A DNA stretch of 38,327 bases from a virus. The notes under the pieces were generated by a model, which worked only from the letters and a program-made list of their open reading frames with translations, was not told the origin of the DNA and did no database searches. A program made the position numbers and the translations under genes. The stretch is taken from IMG/VR virus record IMGVR_UViG_3300000894_000001. One strand, given 5' to 3'. Shown here piece by piece: positions 6,749 through 14,617 of the stretch. Each line of letters begins with the position of its first letter. The stretch's first letter is position 1.

Positions 6749-6890
6749 ATTCTTCACACCTTTTCAGTTTATTTATTTTTTCAAAATCTACTTTACAATA
6801 ACCTCTAATATTTAAATTACAATTTTCACAATTTTCTTCTAATTTTGTTTCAAACATTCCAAAATCCAATTCTATATTTGTAGTTTTCAT
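6723..6890 (-). CDS. Small Cys-rich protein, 55 aa
   Basis: Hand translation: MKTTNIELDFGMFETKLEENCENCNLNIRGYCKVDFEKINKLKRCEEYENDTKIK. A GAGGTG RBS lies upstream. Confidence 0.4.
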   Translation of the reverse strand: MKTTNIELDFGMFETKLEENCENCNLNIRGYCKVDFEKINKLKRCEEYENDTKIK

Positions 6891-6892
6891 AA

Positions 6893-7048
6893 TCATTTCA
6901 CCTCATTTTCAAATAAAATATTAAATAATTTCCATAAATGGAGGACTCTTTTTATTACAAAGTCCTCACTGGTATAATTGTATATATTGCCATTATTGAC
7001 AACATATTTTTCACCGATAAACTTTTCCCACATTTGTAATTTACTCAT
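6893..7048 (-). CDS. Hypothetical small protein, 51 aa
   Basis: Hand translation: MSKLQMWEKFIGEKYVVNNGNIYNYTSEDFVIKRVLHLWKLFNILFENEVK. The ATG abuts the stop of the upstream gene. Confidence 0.4.
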   Translation of the reverse strand: MSKLQMWEKFIGEKYVVNNGNIYNYTSEDFVIKRVLHLWKLFNILFENEVK

Positions 7049-7387
7049 TTAAATTCCTCCTTCAATAATTTTTAATAATTGCTTAGCATATTTTTTAATT
7101 TTTTTTCTACCTATTTCTAACTGTCTTGGGGATAAATATCCCCTATCTATATAAAATTCAGCAAATGAAGTTAAAATAAAACTATCTACACTATTAAAAC
7201 CTATTCCATTATGCTCATTTGTCGATTTTAAACTTTTTTCATGTTCGGTCTGTAATTGATATATTTGAACTATTGATCTTGCAACCATTTTGTCATTTTT
7301 TTCTATTAATTCTTTTATTTTTTCAAGTGTCCAAACCTGTCCAACTTTTTCAACTTTTGTATTAAGCATGTATAGCCACCTGCACAC
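7049..7387 (-). CDS. Hypothetical protein
   Basis: 112-aa ORF in the operon. Confidence 0.65.
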   Translation of the reverse strand: MCRWLYMLNTKVEKVGQVWTLEKIKELIEKNDKMVARSIVQIYQLQTEHEKSLKSTNEHNGIGFNSVDSFILTSFAEFYIDRGYLSPRQLEIGRKKIKKYAKQLLKIIEGGI

Positions 7388-7724
7388 TGTGTCTTTTAAC
7401 CATTTCTTGAGCTAATGTAAATTTACTATATGATTTTACAAAACCATATCTTTTAATGTTAAGATCAATATTCATTGCTCTAGTTAATATATCCAAATCT
7501 TCACTATCTAGTGTGTTGTTATGATTGATATATCTGTTCATCCAATTAAGACATTTAACCCTTAAACTAACTTCTAACTGATATACTCTTTCATCTTTTA
7601 ATAACTTACTAATTTCTAATGAAAGTTGAGTTCTGTAATTAACTTCTGGATATACTTTCTTCATTTCTTTAGTGTTTCTATGAGCTTTCTTTAACATTGA
7701 TGATGTAATAATAATTTTTTTCAT
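7362..7724 (-). CDS. Hypothetical protein
   Basis: 120-aa ORF. It is the first gene downstream of promoter copy 2. Confidence 0.65.
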   Translation of the reverse strand: MKKIIITSSMLKKAHRNTKEMKKVYPEVNYRTQLSLEISKLLKDERVYQLEVSLRVKCLNWMNRYINHNNTLDSEDLDILTRAMNIDLNIKRYGFVKSYSKFTLAQEMVKRHSVQVAIHA

Positions 7725-7771
7725 GATATCCGCTCCTTAAAATTTATTGTTTGCTTGTTTGGTATAAACTT

Positions 7772-7800
7772 ATTATATAACATAACAACATGGTTGTCAA
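7772..7800 (-). promoter_or_regulatory. Promoter cassette, copy 2 (TTGACA-17-TATAAT) with ACAAC-CAT-GTTGT inverted repeat
   Basis: The minus strand reads agtaTTGACAaccatgttgttatgttaTATAAT. Confidence 0.7.
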
Positions 7801-7914
7801 TACTATTATGCTATTTTATTTATTTTTTATTTTATGGTATGATATGATATATTATTAATGATGACAAATTAGTTCCTTAGAAGTAAATTGAGAAAAAAGA
7901 ATTACTTGTTAAAT

Positions 7915-7942
7915 AAAATAGACTCCAATTGGAGTCTATTTT
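7915..7942 (-). terminator. Rho-independent-type terminator
   Basis: aaaatagactcc-aatt-ggagtctatttt is a perfect 12-bp stem with a 4-nt loop and T-rich flanks. It lies 23 nt after the stop of ORF 7965..8111. Confidence 0.7.
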
Positions 7943-7964
7943 ATTGATGATAATTAAAAGTAAA

Positions 7965-8111
7965 TTATTTCTTTTTATCGTTAGTTATATAAGTTCCACT
8001 CCAAGTGCATCCATTTGGATTCTTTGCACTTTTAGGGTTCGTACAAGTATAACTTGTACCATTCTTATCTTTGATTTCTCCTGTTAATAATCCACATACT
8101 GGACATCTCAT
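7965..8111 (-). CDS. Small zinc-ribbon protein (topoisomerase-type C4-like), 48 aa
   Basis: Hand translation: MRCPVCGLLTGEIKDKNGTSYTCTNPKSAKNPNGCTWSGTYITNDKKK. It has its own promoter (copy 3) and terminator. Confidence 0.5.
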   Translation of the reverse strand: MRCPVCGLLTGEIKDKNGTSYTCTNPKSAKNPNGCTWSGTYITNDKKK

Positions 8112-8145
8112 TAGTATATCATCTCCTTTCTTTTAGCATATATTC

Positions 8146-8174
8146 ATCATATAACATAACAACCATGTTGTCAA
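8146..8174 (-). promoter_or_regulatory. Promoter cassette, copy 3 (TTGACA-17-TATGAT) with ACAAC-ATG-GTTGT inverted repeat
   Basis: The minus strand reads agtaTTGACAacatggttgttatgttaTATGAT. Confidence 0.65.
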
Positions 8175-8180
8175 TACTAT

Positions 8181-8378
8181 TTATACTTTGTCATATATTG
8201 AAATCTGCCTACCTATTGTGAATCGTACTTTAGGTTTAAACACTGGTGTCCCACTATATTTATCATTAAATATTTTCATTAATTTTTTAGAACATTCATC
8301 AGAATTTAGATAATTATACCCTTCTATTATTTTTTTAAAATCATTATACATTTTTAAACTCCTTTGGCATTTTTCCAT
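8181..8378 (-). CDS. Hypothetical protein
   Basis: 65-aa ORF overlapping the end of the polymerase gene. Confidence 0.5.
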   Translation of the reverse strand: MEKCQRSLKMYNDFKKIIEGYNYLNSDECSKKLMKIFNDKYSGTPVFKPKVRFTIGRQISIYDKV

Positions 8379-10944
8379 TATTTTGATAACTTATTGATAA
8401 GTTTGGCGACGTCCAGATAGTAGCTTTTGTAATTATTTCAATATATCCTTCTAAAGCAGGAGGTATTTTAAATTCTGAGTTAGGTAAAAATATAAATTTG
8501 CGATTATAAGTTTTGGTTTTAGTATTCCAGCATTCAAATGTGTCATACTCTTTCAACATTTGCAAAAATGGTTTACATATTTCCCAACCTTTTTTTGCTT
8601 TACCTGTTTTCTTATCCATAATATCCACATCTATTATTAAATAGTCTCCATGGACTGATAAACCATTACAATAGGTTGAATTTTTTATTTGAGTCATTGT
8701 ATATTGAATTAGAGGTTTAATGATTTTATTTTTACCATTTTCAGTTATAACCGAATTAGCTTTTACATCTCCTTTAAAGCCAACCAAACCTATATTCTTA
8801 GGGAATGCTTTTAATAAAGTTTTCCTCATTACTGATTTTATATTGTTATTTTCTACAGTATCATCTTTTAAAATTACCTCAAAATATTTTATATACTCTT
8901 TTTTATCAGTTTCTAAGTTAAAATTTAAGATCTTATTCAATGTGATCTTAGCATATTCAGCATAAACTTTTATATCAGCATCTTCTTTCTTATTAGTAAA
9001 ATAAAATGGTTTGGAATCTATACCTATTATTTGGGGTTGTTTTACCTCTTTAACGGCTTGTTCCCCTTTGTCTTGTGTAGTTAAATACCAAGCACATTCA
9101 AGCATTTTAAACCACTTGGAATCAAAATATACAGGCATTATTTCAACTTGTTTATCCTGTAATAATCTTAAAGCATTTTTGAGATTTACAGTTAATTTTT
9201 CATTTTTAGTTATTTCCTGTTTAATTGAAGGGTTAAACATCCCCTTACTCTTTAAATAGTCTCCTGATATGCTTATATAATTGTTTACATCTTTTTGATA
9301 TAATTTATCAATCTTGCTGCAATCAAGGGTAAAATAACCGTTTTTGTCTAAATTCATTATTGTATTAATATCATCATCATCATTTTCAATATCTAATAAA
9401 ATCACACCATCTGTATTTACATTTGGAATTTTAACTCTATTTTCTAATCTAGCAGCTAAGTTAATTATCAAACTTTGTCCCTTTAAACAAATAAACCGTC
9501 CCAATTTTTTGTTTGATATCTCAATGTCAAAATTAGAATTTATCAAACCATAAGCAGTATTTAAAATTAATTTAACCCCTTTCAAAAGTCGATTGAGTTC
9601 CTGTTTGATCTCTTCATTAAGTGAATCGTCTTTTAATTTTTCTTTTAATTCTACACATTTGAGATTATAAATAGCTTCGTACATACTAATATTTATTGTA
9701 GATTCAAATAATTCCTTATATTGTAATATGATTGAAGGGTATTGGGATGTATAATCTAATAACCTTAAGTTTTCAGCTGTATAGTTGTTTATTGCTCCAT
9801 GAATACCACCATATCCAATTTTACAAATAGTACCATTTAATTCTATTTCATCAAAACTATTAATTTGGGTATCCGGTCTATAACCATCATAGGAATATAT
9901 ATTGATATCATCATCAATATAAGAAAGTTTATAATATTCACAAAATCCATTTTTTAAATCATAATCATTTAATATATTAGAATTTTCTTCAGTGAATTTA
10001 ACTAAATTGTTAAATTTTTCATTATTAGTTTGGATATAATCAGTATATTTAAATTCTATATCCTCTTTTTTCTCCTTTCTTTTTAGTATAGATACTATTA
10101 ATTCTGTGTTATTTTCTGCATAAATAGCAGTTTCATTGATTTCTAATGTGTTATCGATTATAAAAGCTGCTTTAGCAGCATAAAAACGAGTCATTATATC
10201 TGATAAACATTTTCCTTGAAAAAATCGATATAAAAAATCAACATCATTCAAGCCATATTTTCTAAATTCTTCTTTTTGTTCCTGAGACAGATCACTCCAA
10301 GAATCGTCATAATTAAAATCCCATTTTATATTGTACGATTCTTGAATTAATTGTAGTTTTTTTAATGATATAGTAGGCTTTAAAGACCGGTCTTTATTTA
10401 TCACATAATAATACATTATTTTAGGTATGGATAAGATATTGAGTGCTTTTATTACTTTACTTTGACCATAGCAATATGAGTATTTGTCTGTAAATGTGTG
10501 AATAGATTCTAAAGTATTCAAATTTTTTATTTGGATTTTAGCCATTTCCATTATTTCAGTTGATTTCATATACGGATTACTATCCTTGATGTGAAAATAA
10601 CCATCACACCAAAATTGTCTATTTGTTTGGAAATAATTAAAATTCCCTTTGATTATCAAATCATTTATTTCTCTTAATTTTGCTCCAATTCCTTCAACTT
10701 TATTTTCACACATCTTACAAAGGCAATTTAACATTACTTTGTCATAATCAATTGAATAAAAGTACATTGGTCTATTTATTTTCTGCAATATTTCATATAA
10801 TTTATGAAAATCAGTATCTTTTATACATTCAATTAAATTAGCCTTTTCTTGATCCTCTTTTCTGAATTGGAAAGAGAAATACCCTTTGATACACTCAATA
10901 TCTGCTATTAAGTATTCAGGTTTAAAATTATTTATATCAATCAT
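8344..10944 (-). CDS. Family-B DNA polymerase
   Basis: Exo I is ADIEC. Motif A is LDYTSQYPSI (DxxSLYPS-like), motif B is KLILNTAYG (KxxxNSxYG-like) and motif C is VNTDGV (DTDS-like). Confidence 0.85.
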   Translation of the reverse strand: MIDINNFKPEYLIADIECIKGYFSFQFRKEDQEKANLIECIKDTDFHKLYEILQKINRPMYFYSIDYDKVMLNCLCKMCENKVEGIGAKLREINDLIIKGNFNYFQTNRQFWCDGYFHIKDSNPYMKSTEIMEMAKIQIKNLNTLESIHTFTDKYSYCYGQSKVIKALNILSIPKIMYYYVINKDRSLKPTISLKKLQLIQESYNIKWDFNYDDSWSDLSQEQKEEFRKYGLNDVDFLYRFFQGKCLSDIMTRFYAAKAAFIIDNTLEINETAIYAENNTELIVSILKRKEKKEDIEFKYTDYIQTNNEKFNNLVKFTEENSNILNDYDLKNGFCEYYKLSYIDDDINIYSYDGYRPDTQINSFDEIELNGTICKIGYGGIHGAINNYTAENLRLLDYTSQYPSIILQYKELFESTINISMYEAIYNLKCVELKEKLKDDSLNEEIKQELNRLLKGVKLILNTAYGLINSNFDIEISNKKLGRFICLKGQSLIINLAARLENRVKIPNVNTDGVILLDIENDDDDINTIMNLDKNGYFTLDCSKIDKLYQKDVNNYISISGDYLKSKGMFNPSIKQEITKNEKLTVNLKNALRLLQDKQVEIMPVYFDSKWFKMLECAWYLTTQDKGEQAVKEVKQPQIIGIDSKPFYFTNKKEDADIKVYAEYAKITLNKILNFNLETDKKEYIKYFEVILKDDTVENNNIKSVMRKTLLKAFPKNIGLVGFKGDVKANSVITENGKNKIIKPLIQYTMTQIKNSTYCNGLSVHGDYLIIDVDIMDKKTGKAKKGWEICKPFLQMLKEYDTFECWNTKTKTYNRKFIFLPNSEFKIPPALEGYIEIITKATIWTSPNLSISYQNNGKMPKEFKNV

Positions 10945-10959
10945 TTAAATCAATCCTTT

Positions 10960-11499
10960 CTATAATTTTAAATTTGATATATTATTAACTATTTCTATAT
11001 CATCTAAACCACAATAGGACAGTGTTTCTTTACCATTCGCATGTCCTAATAATAATTGAAGTTCTGCTAAAGCATGTGGATTTAATTTATTATTTTTAAG
11101 ATAATAATAACCAAATGTTTTACGCATGGAATGAGTTCCTAAATTTAGATTGTAATGTTTACCTATTTGATGAAGAATATTCCATGCTTGAAATCGTGAT
11201 ATTGGTTGATTAATACCTTTTCTACTTTTAAATAAATAATCTTCATTATTCATATCTTTTATATAATTATCAATATCAAACCTAATATTTGATAAATCTA
11301 TTTCTATTGATTTTTTGGTTTTATTGATAATTATATTTAACGAATTATTTTTTATATCTTTAACTTTTAATTTTAAAATATCTGAAATCCTCAATCCTGT
11401 ATTAAAACCAATAGTTATCATAAATTTATCACGATCATTTAATTTGTTTTTAATTAAATTTAATATTTTCATATTTTTAATTGGATGTACTGCAATCAT
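10960..11499 (-). CDS. Tyrosine recombinase, catalytic domain only (179 aa)
   Basis: Catalytic residues: R37 in GLRISD, H123-x-x-R126 in HSMRKT, H153 in LLGHAN and Y162 in TLSY. Only about 36 aa precede the first catalytic Arg, so there is no core-binding domain. Confidence 0.75.
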   Translation of the reverse strand: MIAVHPIKNMKILNLIKNKLNDRDKFMITIGFNTGLRISDILKLKVKDIKNNSLNIIINKTKKSIEIDLSNIRFDIDNYIKDMNNEDYLFKSRKGINQPISRFQAWNILHQIGKHYNLNLGTHSMRKTFGYYYLKNNKLNPHALAELQLLLGHANGKETLSYCGLDDIEIVNNISNLKL

Positions 11500-11628
11500 T
11501 TATTTAGCCTCCTTAAGTTCTATTTTTCTACAATTAGGACAAACCCATACAGACATAGGTCTTCCTGTTAATGAATCTACATAATCCCTTGTGACTTTCA
11601 TATCTGTTTCACAATCTATACATTTCAT
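11500..11628 (-). CDS. Small zinc-ribbon protein, 42 aa
   Basis: Hand translation: MKCIDCETDMKVTRDYVDSLTGRPMSVWVCPNCRKIELKEAK. An AGGAGG RBS lies upstream, and the stop abuts the recombinase ATG. Confidence 0.5.
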   Translation of the reverse strand: MKCIDCETDMKVTRDYVDSLTGRPMSVWVCPNCRKIELKEAK

Positions 11629-11633
11629 TTATT

Positions 11634-11698
11634 TTTCCTCCTTGACTTTATATTTAATTATATAATATAATAATAATATAAAATAGTCAAGGAGGAAA
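11634..11698. promoter_or_regulatory. Divergent control region between the leftward and rightward arms
   Basis: A perfect 14-bp inverted repeat, tttcctccttgact ... agtcaaggaggaaa, flanks a 37-bp AT-only core that contains tataat. Each arm carries an SD sequence and a TTGAC(T) -35-like hexamer for one of the divergent genes. Confidence 0.5.
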
Positions 11699-11703
11699 TT
11701 TAA

Positions 11704-11868
11704 ATGTTAAAAAAATCATTAACTAAAGTGGGAAGTAGTTGGTATCTACTTATAACCAAATCAATGTTAGAATTATCAGGTATTACAGGAGATGTTCAAA
11801 TAGATATGCAAGGTGATAAAATAATTATCCAAGCTATTAAAGAAGATCAAGAAAAGGAGAATAAATAA
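11704..11868 (+). CDS. AbrB/SpoVT-like small protein (copy 2), 54 aa
   Basis: Hand translation: MLKKSLTKVGSSWYLLITKSMLELSGITGDVQIDMQGDKIIIQAIKEDQEKENK. It is the first gene of the rightward arm and has an AAGGAGG RBS. Confidence 0.45.
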   Translation: MLKKSLTKVGSSWYLLITKSMLELSGITGDVQIDMQGDKIIIQAIKEDQEKENK

Positions 11869-11869
11869 T

Positions 11870-12103
11870 ATGTATATTAAATATAAGATAAGTATCAATG
11901 AATTAGAATCTGAAATGATTAAAAAGTTTAATAGTTTTTGGTATCGATTAACTCAACATAATAATAAATGGTTATTATTTGGTGGCATTAATGGAGACTT
12001 TGATATTATCAAAGAATATGAAACCAAAGAAGAAGCTGAAAATGAACTGGATAATATAGCAAAAGCAATTGAAGAAGGAAATCATATCTATACTATTAAA
12101 TAG
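11870..12103 (+). CDS. Hypothetical protein
   Basis: 77-aa ORF with its ATG 1 nt after the upstream stop. Confidence 0.6.
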   Translation: MYIKYKISINELESEMIKKFNSFWYRLTQHNNKWLLFGGINGDFDIIKEYETKEEAENELDNIAKAIEEGNHIYTIK

Positions 12104-12119
12104 AAAGCTGAGTGATTAC

Positions 12120-14030
12120 ATGGAATATCTTAAAATAGAATTCGATGCTGATGGTATCGATACAGAAGTCGATCTCACATACAAAGAGTTAATTTTAAAA
12201 GAAATCGACTTTTTAAAGGAACAAGTATTTAATATTGTCTCACATAATATTGAAAATGATTTTATAGTTATTGAAAACAATTTAAATAAATCTATTGAAT
12301 TTAAATATTTTTCAATTACAAGTATAACAGATTGTGACATAGAAGGCAATACACTAATTAAAGATAATGTCAACAGTGAAAATTTAAAAAATGCAAAAGT
12401 TAAGATAATTTGTGATTATTTAAAAATACAAGGTGTCAGATTTTTTAATATTATAACTGCAAAGAATTATATTACATTTTCATGTCCTATTTGTCCAGAT
12501 AAAAAAAGTATAAAAATGTGTATAGCCATTCATGGGTTTAAAGTTAGTACATTCAGTGAAACAGATTGTACAGATGATAAGCATCAAGAGATGTTCGCTA
12601 AATGGACTAAAGAATTAAAAAAAATATGGGATGATTCAAATCAAAAGAAAAACTTAGTATATAGTCTAAATTTAGAATATATCACTAAAATAATAGAGAA
12701 GAATTTCCCAACAATAATTAGACATAAATCTACAGGATTATTGTTTAAATATGATGAGAAATTAAAATATTATATTGAAATGATTGATAACGAAAGAATA
12801 TCAGACATTGAAAGTTTGATTTATAAAAATTTCTATAATGATGATAATAAATTATTAACATGTAATCAAGTTAGGGATTTAAAGAAAGTTATAATCAGAT
12901 CATATGAAGGATTTAAGTGTGTCGACTTTGAAAGTTCAAATTTATTTAACCTAAAAAATGGTGTATATGATTTTAAATTAAAACAGTTATATCAACATTC
13001 CAAAGATTACTATTTTAATTATTGTTCAGATATTATTTATAATCTATCTGCAAAAACTGATGTGTTAGATAAGTTTTTAAAAGCTGTAATTACTGAGAGT
13101 GATCCAATCAGAATCATTAAAACTATGTTAGGACACATTCATTATGATGGTACTAAACTTCAAAAAGGATTTATTTTTGAAGGTACTGATAAAGGTAGAA
13201 ATGGTAAAGGTACTTTAGTTAAATTAATTACTAGTACATTAGGTAAAAACAGGACTTTAACAATGACACTTGACAACTTTTTTGATTCTAATTTCTATAA
13301 ATATGAACTAAAAGATAAAGTATTATATGTTGAAGATGATTATAAAAAAAAGTATATCAGTGAAAAAGAAATTGGATTTTTGAATAAACTTATTGGGGGT
13401 GCCGATGAACAAGTTCAGCAAAAAAATAAACCGAGTATAACCATACCACTTAAAGCTGTCCCAATTATACAAGCTAATAAAAGACCTATTTTAAAAGCTG
13501 ATGATGATGGAGGTTTTTATAAAAGGTGGGTGTTTGTTAACTTTAAAAATGAGTTTGGAGATAATAAAATAATGGATGAATTTTTAGGTGAGAGGTTATT
13601 AAATAATGTTGATGTAATGTCAAGTATGTTTAATTATCTGTGTGAAGGTTATGAAATGGTTATTCAAAGGAAGGTGAATAATATGAAAGGTAGTTTCTTT
13701 AAAGATGATGAAGTATCACATATTGATAATTGGAGAAGGGGAAATAATTCAGCAATTTCTTTCTTTGAAGATTGTGTTATTAAAGATTCAGACTATATGT
13801 GTAGTACTAGAGATTTATACAACTACTATAACGAATATTGGAATCATGGTGGTGGTAAATTGCCAGAAAATAAATTTATTGAAATACTTAAAAAGGAATA
13901 TAAATTAGAAACAAAAAGACCATGGCTTAATAATAAAAAAGATCGACCTCATTGTTTAGTTGGATGTTATATGATGCTTGATTATGATAATTTAAAGAGT
14001 AAATTTCCATATGTTAAAATATCAATTTAA
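12120..14030 (+). CDS. D5/P4-family SF3 helicase (primase-helicase C-terminal-domain type)
   Basis: NLKNGVYDFKLKQLYQHSKDYYF resembles the D5_N/P4 primase C-terminal signature. Walker A is GTDKGRNGKGT and Walker B is VLYVEDD. The start is uncertain: the track uses TTG at 12069, and the first in-frame ATG is at 12120. No clear primase catalytic motif was seen. Confidence 0.75.
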   Translation: MEYLKIEFDADGIDTEVDLTYKELILKEIDFLKEQVFNIVSHNIENDFIVIENNLNKSIEFKYFSITSITDCDIEGNTLIKDNVNSENLKNAKVKIICDYLKIQGVRFFNIITAKNYITFSCPICPDKKSIKMCIAIHGFKVSTFSETDCTDDKHQEMFAKWTKELKKIWDDSNQKKNLVYSLNLEYITKIIEKNFPTIIRHKSTGLLFKYDEKLKYYIEMIDNERISDIESLIYKNFYNDDNKLLTCNQVRDLKKVIIRSYEGFKCVDFESSNLFNLKNGVYDFKLKQLYQHSKDYYFNYCSDIIYNLSAKTDVLDKFLKAVITESDPIRIIKTMLGHIHYDGTKLQKGFIFEGTDKGRNGKGTLVKLITSTLGKNRTLTMTLDNFFDSNFYKYELKDKVLYVEDDYKKKYISEKEIGFLNKLIGGADEQVQQKNKPSITIPLKAVPIIQANKRPILKADDDGGFYKRWVFVNFKNEFGDNKIMDEFLGERLLNNVDVMSSMFNYLCEGYEMVIQRKVNNMKGSFFKDDEVSHIDNWRRGNNSAISFFEDCVIKDSDYMCSTRDLYNYYNEYWNHGGGKLPENKFIEILKKEYKLETKRPWLNNKKDRPHCLVGCYMMLDYDNLKSKFPYVKISI

Positions 14031-14050
14031 TTTCCAATTGTATTAAAAGT

Positions 14051-14087
14051 AAAAAAATGGTATACATTTATTGTATACCATTTTTTT
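14051..14087 (+). terminator. Rho-independent terminator (bidirectional type)
   Basis: aaaaaaatggtataca-tttat-tgtataccattttttt is a stem flanked by an A-tract and a T-tract, about 20 nt after the helicase stop. Confidence 0.75.
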
Positions 14088-14139
14088 ACAAGTGGTTATG
14101 GGAGTTTATTCTATAGATTAAATGTGTTAGTCTTTTATT

Positions 14140-14460
14140 ATTATTTGGGACTAGATTAAGACTGGGTAAGGACTGAAGTAAGGGACTGGGTAAAACCCTT
14201 GATATAACTACTTGGGACCAGGGGACTATATATATTTATAACTATATGTAGAATAATTTTATAGAGGTATACAAATGTATCTTATAAAATCGTATATATA
14301 AGGTAATTGGGAAGTGCCAAAGTCTCCGGTCCCCGAACACTTCTATAGCACATTATCACTGAGGGACCGACAATTTATTTTATCCCAGTCCCCAAAAGTG
14401 TAAAAATGTCATCTATCATACACTATCACTGGTTTGAAAGATAAGACCGAACCGAACTAG
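14140..14460. other. Putative replication origin: GGGAC(T/C) iterons in both orientations flanking an AT-only stretch
   Basis: A tandem array taagactggg/taaggactgaag/taagggactggg lies at 14157..14190, and gggaccaggggact at 14215..14228. An AT-rich core spans about 14229..14300. Inverted copies follow: ccggtcccc, gagggaccg and cccagtcccc. Also present are accgaaccgaac and two copies of tatcactg. There is no ORF of 60 aa or more with an RBS. Confidence 0.45.
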
Positions 14461-14527
14461 ACATATGTTTAGTTTACTGGAAATTATAAAGTATACAAAA
14501 TAAAATAAAAATAATAAATAAAAAGTA

Positions 14528-14556
14528 TTGACAACTATGTTATCATGTTATACAAT
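14528..14556 (+). promoter_or_regulatory. Promoter cassette, copy 4 (TTGACA-17-TACAAT), rightward
   Basis: agtaTTGACAactatgttatcatgttaTACAAT. The cassette is the same as copies 1-3, but one inverted-repeat arm is degenerate (ACAAC-TAT-GTTAT). Confidence 0.65.
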
Positions 14557-14617
14557 GAGAATGTAAAAAGTAAATGATTTACTTTTTAACACTGAATTTA
14601 TTGGAGGAACTGAAATT

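Noticed and set aside
11634-11698. A 14-bp perfect inverted repeat next to the small tyrosine recombinase, considered as a FimB/E-style invertible promoter switch
   Set aside because: The segment between the arms is only 37 bp, too short for recombinase-mediated inversion. The arms coincide with the SD sequences (AAGGAGG) and -35-like hexamers of the two divergent genes. Mirrored expression signals explain the symmetry.
14100-14470. Possible tRNA or structured ncRNA in the GC-richer intergenic region
   Set aside because: No cloverleaf could be drawn. There is no GTTCGAAT-type T-arm box and no acceptor-stem pairing. The dominant signal is short repeated GGGAC(T/C) motifs in both orientations around an AT tract, which fits an origin better. 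An ncRNA is not formally excluded.
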